Part shown: piece after piece, positions 29,008 through 32,049 of the stretch | Numbering within the stretch: the first letter of the stretch is position 1 | Layout: every line of letters begins with the position of its first letter | Source: Nitrospirota bacterium | GTDB taxonomy: Bacteria; UBA2233 | Assembly: GCA_011620345.1 (NCBI GenBank) | Contig: WOZJ01000042.1 | Location: 1-32,049, forward strand | DNA: 32,049 nucleotides | Direction: 5' to 3' | The notes under the pieces: model-generated | Databases searched by the model: none | What the model saw: the letters and a program-made list of their open reading frames with translations, nothing else | Told to the model about the DNA's origin: nothing | Made by a program: the position numbers and the translations under genes

Positions 29008-30528
29008 ATGCAGTCGTTCCCCCTGCTTAGCGCCATGGCATTTTTCCCCCTGCTCGGAATTCCCGTGATTCTCCTTCTTCCACAATCCAAGGCCTCGTAC
29101 GCGAAATGGCTTGGCCTCGTGTTTACGCTTCCCTCGCTCGCTCTAGGGGTCGTGCTTTACGGCTCCTACAACCGGGAGCTTGCCGGGGTGTTTGACCCCG
29201 CCTCCTTCCAGTTCATAGAGCGTGTTCCGTGGATCAAGACGTTCAACATAGAGTATTTCGTGGGGATCGATGGCCTGTCGGTGATGATGGTCCTGTTGAC
29301 CGTCCTTCTGTGCACGTTGTGCATGGTTGCTTCTTTCAGCATCAAACAATCGCCCAAGGGGTATTTTTCGCTGTTTCTATTGCTCGAGACGGGCATGCTT
29401 GGGGTATTCATCTCTCTAGATTTTGTCTTGTTCTACGTGTTTTGGGAGGTCATGCTCCTCCCCATGTACTTCTTGATCGGCGTCTGGGGGGGGCCAAGGC
29501 GTGTCTACGCTGCAATCAAATTCTTTCTGTACACTCTCCTTGGCAGCGTGCTTATGCTTGTTGCCATGTTGGCCTTCTATTCCCAAGCCGAACCCCACAC
29601 CTTTGATCTCCTTAGGCTTATCCAGTCTGACTTTTCAGGTGTGACGTTCGACATGTTTGGGCGTGTATGGGATTTCAGCAAGGTGATGTTCCTTTTGCTG
29701 TTTATCGGGTTTGCCGTAAAAGTCCCCATCTTTCCTTTTCACACATGGCTTCCGGATGCACACGTCGAGGCTCCGACAGCGATTAGCGTAATCCTTGCCG
29801 GAGTGCTGCTAAAGATGGGAACGTACGGGCTTATGCGGATAAGCTACCCTATCTTGCCGGAGTCCGCCATCTGGTTTTCCGGTGCGTTGGCCGTCCTCGC
29901 GCTCATCAACATCGTTTATGGCGCGCTTTGCGCAATGGCTCAGCAAGACCTCAAGAAAATGGTCGCCTATTCGAGCATTTCGCATATGGGCTTTGTTCTG
30001 CTGGGTATGAGCGCGCTGACGGAAACGGGGATGAACGGGGCAATCCTTCAGATGTTCAACCACGGAACGATCACGGCGATGCTCTTCTTGCTCGTAGGCG
30101 TGGTTTACGAACGGGCGCATCATCGTAACATCGACGGGTTTGGCGGCTTGGCCGCCAACATGCCTGTGTATGCCGCTTTTACCGGGTTTGCTTGGTTTGC
30201 GGCTTTGGGGCTCCCTTCGCTTAGCTCGTTTATTAGCGAGCTAATGTGCCTCTTGGGGGCGTTCAATGCGTACCGGACGATTACAATCCTTTCTGTATCG
30301 GGCATTCTCTTGGGGGCTGCCTATATGCTTTGGAGCTACCAGCGAATCTTTTTGGGCCCCCTGAACGAACGCTACAGGGGGCTTGCAGATATCTCTACAA
30401 GGGAAGTGCTTTCGCTCGTTCCCTTGGCCGCTATCGTGATCCTCGTTGGCATTTATCCGATGCCCGTCATATCGCTGATGCAGGCTTCTTCGAGGGCGCT
30501 CGTGAACCTCACTACGCTAGGCGTATAG
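29008..30528 (+). CDS. nuoM: NADH-quinone oxidoreductase subunit M
   Basis: GIDGLS, FYVFWEVMLLPMY, KFFLYT, KVPIFPFHTWLPDAHVEAPT, LLKMGTYG and AYSSISHMG. Start is ATG29008 or TTG28996. Confidence 0.96.
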   Translation: MQSFPLLSAMAFFPLLGIPVILLLPQSKASYAKWLGLVFTLPSLALGVVLYGSYNRELAGVFDPASFQFIERVPWIKTFNIEYFVGIDGLSVMMVLLTVLLCTLCMVASFSIKQSPKGYFSLFLLLETGMLGVFISLDFVLFYVFWEVMLLPMYFLIGVWGGPRRVYAAIKFFLYTLLGSVLMLVAMLAFYSQAEPHTFDLLRLIQSDFSGVTFDMFGRVWDFSKVMFLLLFIGFAVKVPIFPFHTWLPDAHVEAPTAISVILAGVLLKMGTYGLMRISYPILPESAIWFSGALAVLALINIVYGALCAMAQQDLKKMVAYSSISHMGFVLLGMSALTETGMNGAILQMFNHGTITAMLFLLVGVVYERAHHRNIDGFGGLAANMPVYAAFTGFAWFAALGLPSLSSFISELMCLLGAFNAYRTITILSVSGILLGAAYMLWSYQRIFLGPLNERYRGLADISTREVLSLVPLAAIVILVGIYPMPVISLMQASSRALVNLTTLGV

Positions 30529-30542
30529 GGGAGGGGGCGAGC

Positions 30543-32015
30543 ATGGAAGCCAAAGAAAGCTTGATTTGGGTTTTTCCTGAAATTATCCTTGCTGTTGGCG
30601 CGCTGATCGTGCTGTGCTTTGCGTTGGCTTCGGACCGAGCAAAGAAGCTCGGCTTTGGTGTTGCGGCGATCATTCCGTTGGCGGCGCTTTTAGTCCTGGT
30701 CGCTCGTTTTACCTTGGAGCCTGTCCGGGATGTCTTTTACGGAAGCTTGATGCTCGACCCATTTTCTCAGGTAATCTCAGGGTTTTTCCTTGTCGTAGGC
30801 TTTGTCGCGGTTATTGCCTCCATAAATGACACAGGAATCCAAAAAGTGGGGGGGCTAGAGTATGCCGCTTTTATCCTGTGCATTCTTTGCGGCATGCTTC
30901 TCGTTTCGAAGGCTTCCAGCCTGTTGATGATCTACTTGGCGCTCGAAATGGTTTCTGTGCCTTCTTATTTGGCAGTAGCCTTTTTCCCCGCATCAAAAGA
31001 GAGTCAGGAAGGCGGGTTAAAGTATGTCTTGTTTGGCGCGCTTACCTCTGGCATCCTTCTGTACGGCCTAAGCCTGCTTTACGGGTTTGGGGGGACCTTG
31101 GAGCTTTACGAGCTCCCAAGAGCACTGGCTTCTAGAGAGGTTCCCTTGGTCGGGTTTATAGCGGCTATGGCCTTGGTGATGGTTGGGTTTGGTTTCAAGA
31201 TCACCATGTTCCCGTTCCATGCCTGGGCACCTGACGTGTATCAGGGGGCTCCGACGGCCTTCACGGCATTCCTTTCTGTAGGCCCTAAAGTTGCCGGATT
31301 TGCCGTATTTACCCGGGTAGCCCTATCCTTTTTTTCGCCGGACGCCCTGCCCCAATTCCCCGGGGTTGATCATGGGTTTTACTCTTTGGTTGCCTTGCTC
31401 AGCGCGGCAACGATGACGTACGGTAATTTCGCCGCGCTTTCGCAGGACAATATAAAGCGTATGCTTGCCTATTCTTCCATCTCGCACGCGGGCTACGCAC
31501 TAATTGGCCTTGCTATTCCAGGTGGGAAGGGAATCGGAGTCCTCCTTTACTACTTGTTTGTGTACGCCATCATGAATATGGGAGCCTTTTTGACGGTTGC
31601 CTTCGTCTCGCGCACAAGGAAGCGCGAGACGCTTTCGGACTTTGACGGCCTTGGCTACGACATGCCATACGTGGGAATATTGTTGACCCTGTTTCTGTTT
31701 TCTCTGACAGGCATACCCCCTACGGTAGGGTTTGTCGGCAAGTTTGCCCTTTTTTCGCGGGCGATTGAAGGAGGGCTTTTGTGGCTCGTGCTTATCGCCG
31801 CGCTGAACACCGTTGTTTCTCTTTATTACTACGTCAAGGTTATAAAGGCCCTCTATTTAGGCGGGTCAAGGGCACTGTTCCCCGCGGAGTCCCTGCCGAT
31901 CATGCAAAGTTGCACTCTTGGCGCATTGGGGGCTCTCACCTTATTTTTTGGCCTCTTTTGGGATCCGATGTTGAGGTTGGGCGATCTAGGGGCAAAGATT
32001 GTTTTAGGGGTTTAA
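30543..32015 (+). CDS. nuoN: NADH-quinone oxidoreductase subunit N
   Basis: PEIIL, LALEMVS, EGGLKY, FKITMFPFHAWAPDVYQGAPT, KRMLAYSSISHAGY, GIPPTVGFVGK and YYY. GGAGG precedes ATG30543. Confidence 0.96.
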   Translation: MEAKESLIWVFPEIILAVGALIVLCFALASDRAKKLGFGVAAIIPLAALLVLVARFTLEPVRDVFYGSLMLDPFSQVISGFFLVVGFVAVIASINDTGIQKVGGLEYAAFILCILCGMLLVSKASSLLMIYLALEMVSVPSYLAVAFFPASKESQEGGLKYVLFGALTSGILLYGLSLLYGFGGTLELYELPRALASREVPLVGFIAAMALVMVGFGFKITMFPFHAWAPDVYQGAPTAFTAFLSVGPKVAGFAVFTRVALSFFSPDALPQFPGVDHGFYSLVALLSAATMTYGNFAALSQDNIKRMLAYSSISHAGYALIGLAIPGGKGIGVLLYYLFVYAIMNMGAFLTVAFVSRTRKRETLSDFDGLGYDMPYVGILLTLFLFSLTGIPPTVGFVGKFALFSRAIEGGLLWLVLIAALNTVVSLYYYVKVIKALYLGGSRALFPAESLPIMQSCTLGALGALTLFFGLFWDPMLRLGDLGAKIVLGV

Positions 32016-32049
32016 ACGGAAAATCTTATACACCCCGCTACACTTGGCG

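Noticed and set aside
32016-32049. Terminator after nuoN
   Set aside because: No hairpin with a U-tract is visible in the remaining 34 nt, so the operon may continue beyond the window.

Overview
Gene-dense, roughly 55-60% GC (by eye) core chromosomal window from a diderm bacterium. The sirC-ccsA-hemA-hemC-cobA/hemD-hemB order and the long GyrB insertion suggest a Deltaproteobacteria-like lineage (inference). Left to right: a lipoprotein-LapA-SAM methyltransferase unit (+); gyrB-gyrA-gpsA (-); a divergent tetrapyrrole operon running into polA and a two-domain acyltransferase (+); hemL and a class A PBP (-); and a divergent nuoABCDHIJKLMN operon with no nuoEFG (+). I saw no RNA genes, CRISPR arrays or mobile elements. 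Most notable: (1) NuoL has an exact 26-residue tandem duplication in its lateral helix, the hallmark of '2M' complex I, yet only one nuoM is present and the NADH module is absent; (2) one ORF fuses an LpxL/HtrB-like domain lacking the HX4D/E acid to a DUF374/LpxJ-like domain; (3) a long hairpin lies in the gyrB leader between back-to-back promoters; (4) both gyrase subunits carry non-canonical quinolone-pocket residues. All calls come from motif recognition by eye; no searches were run.
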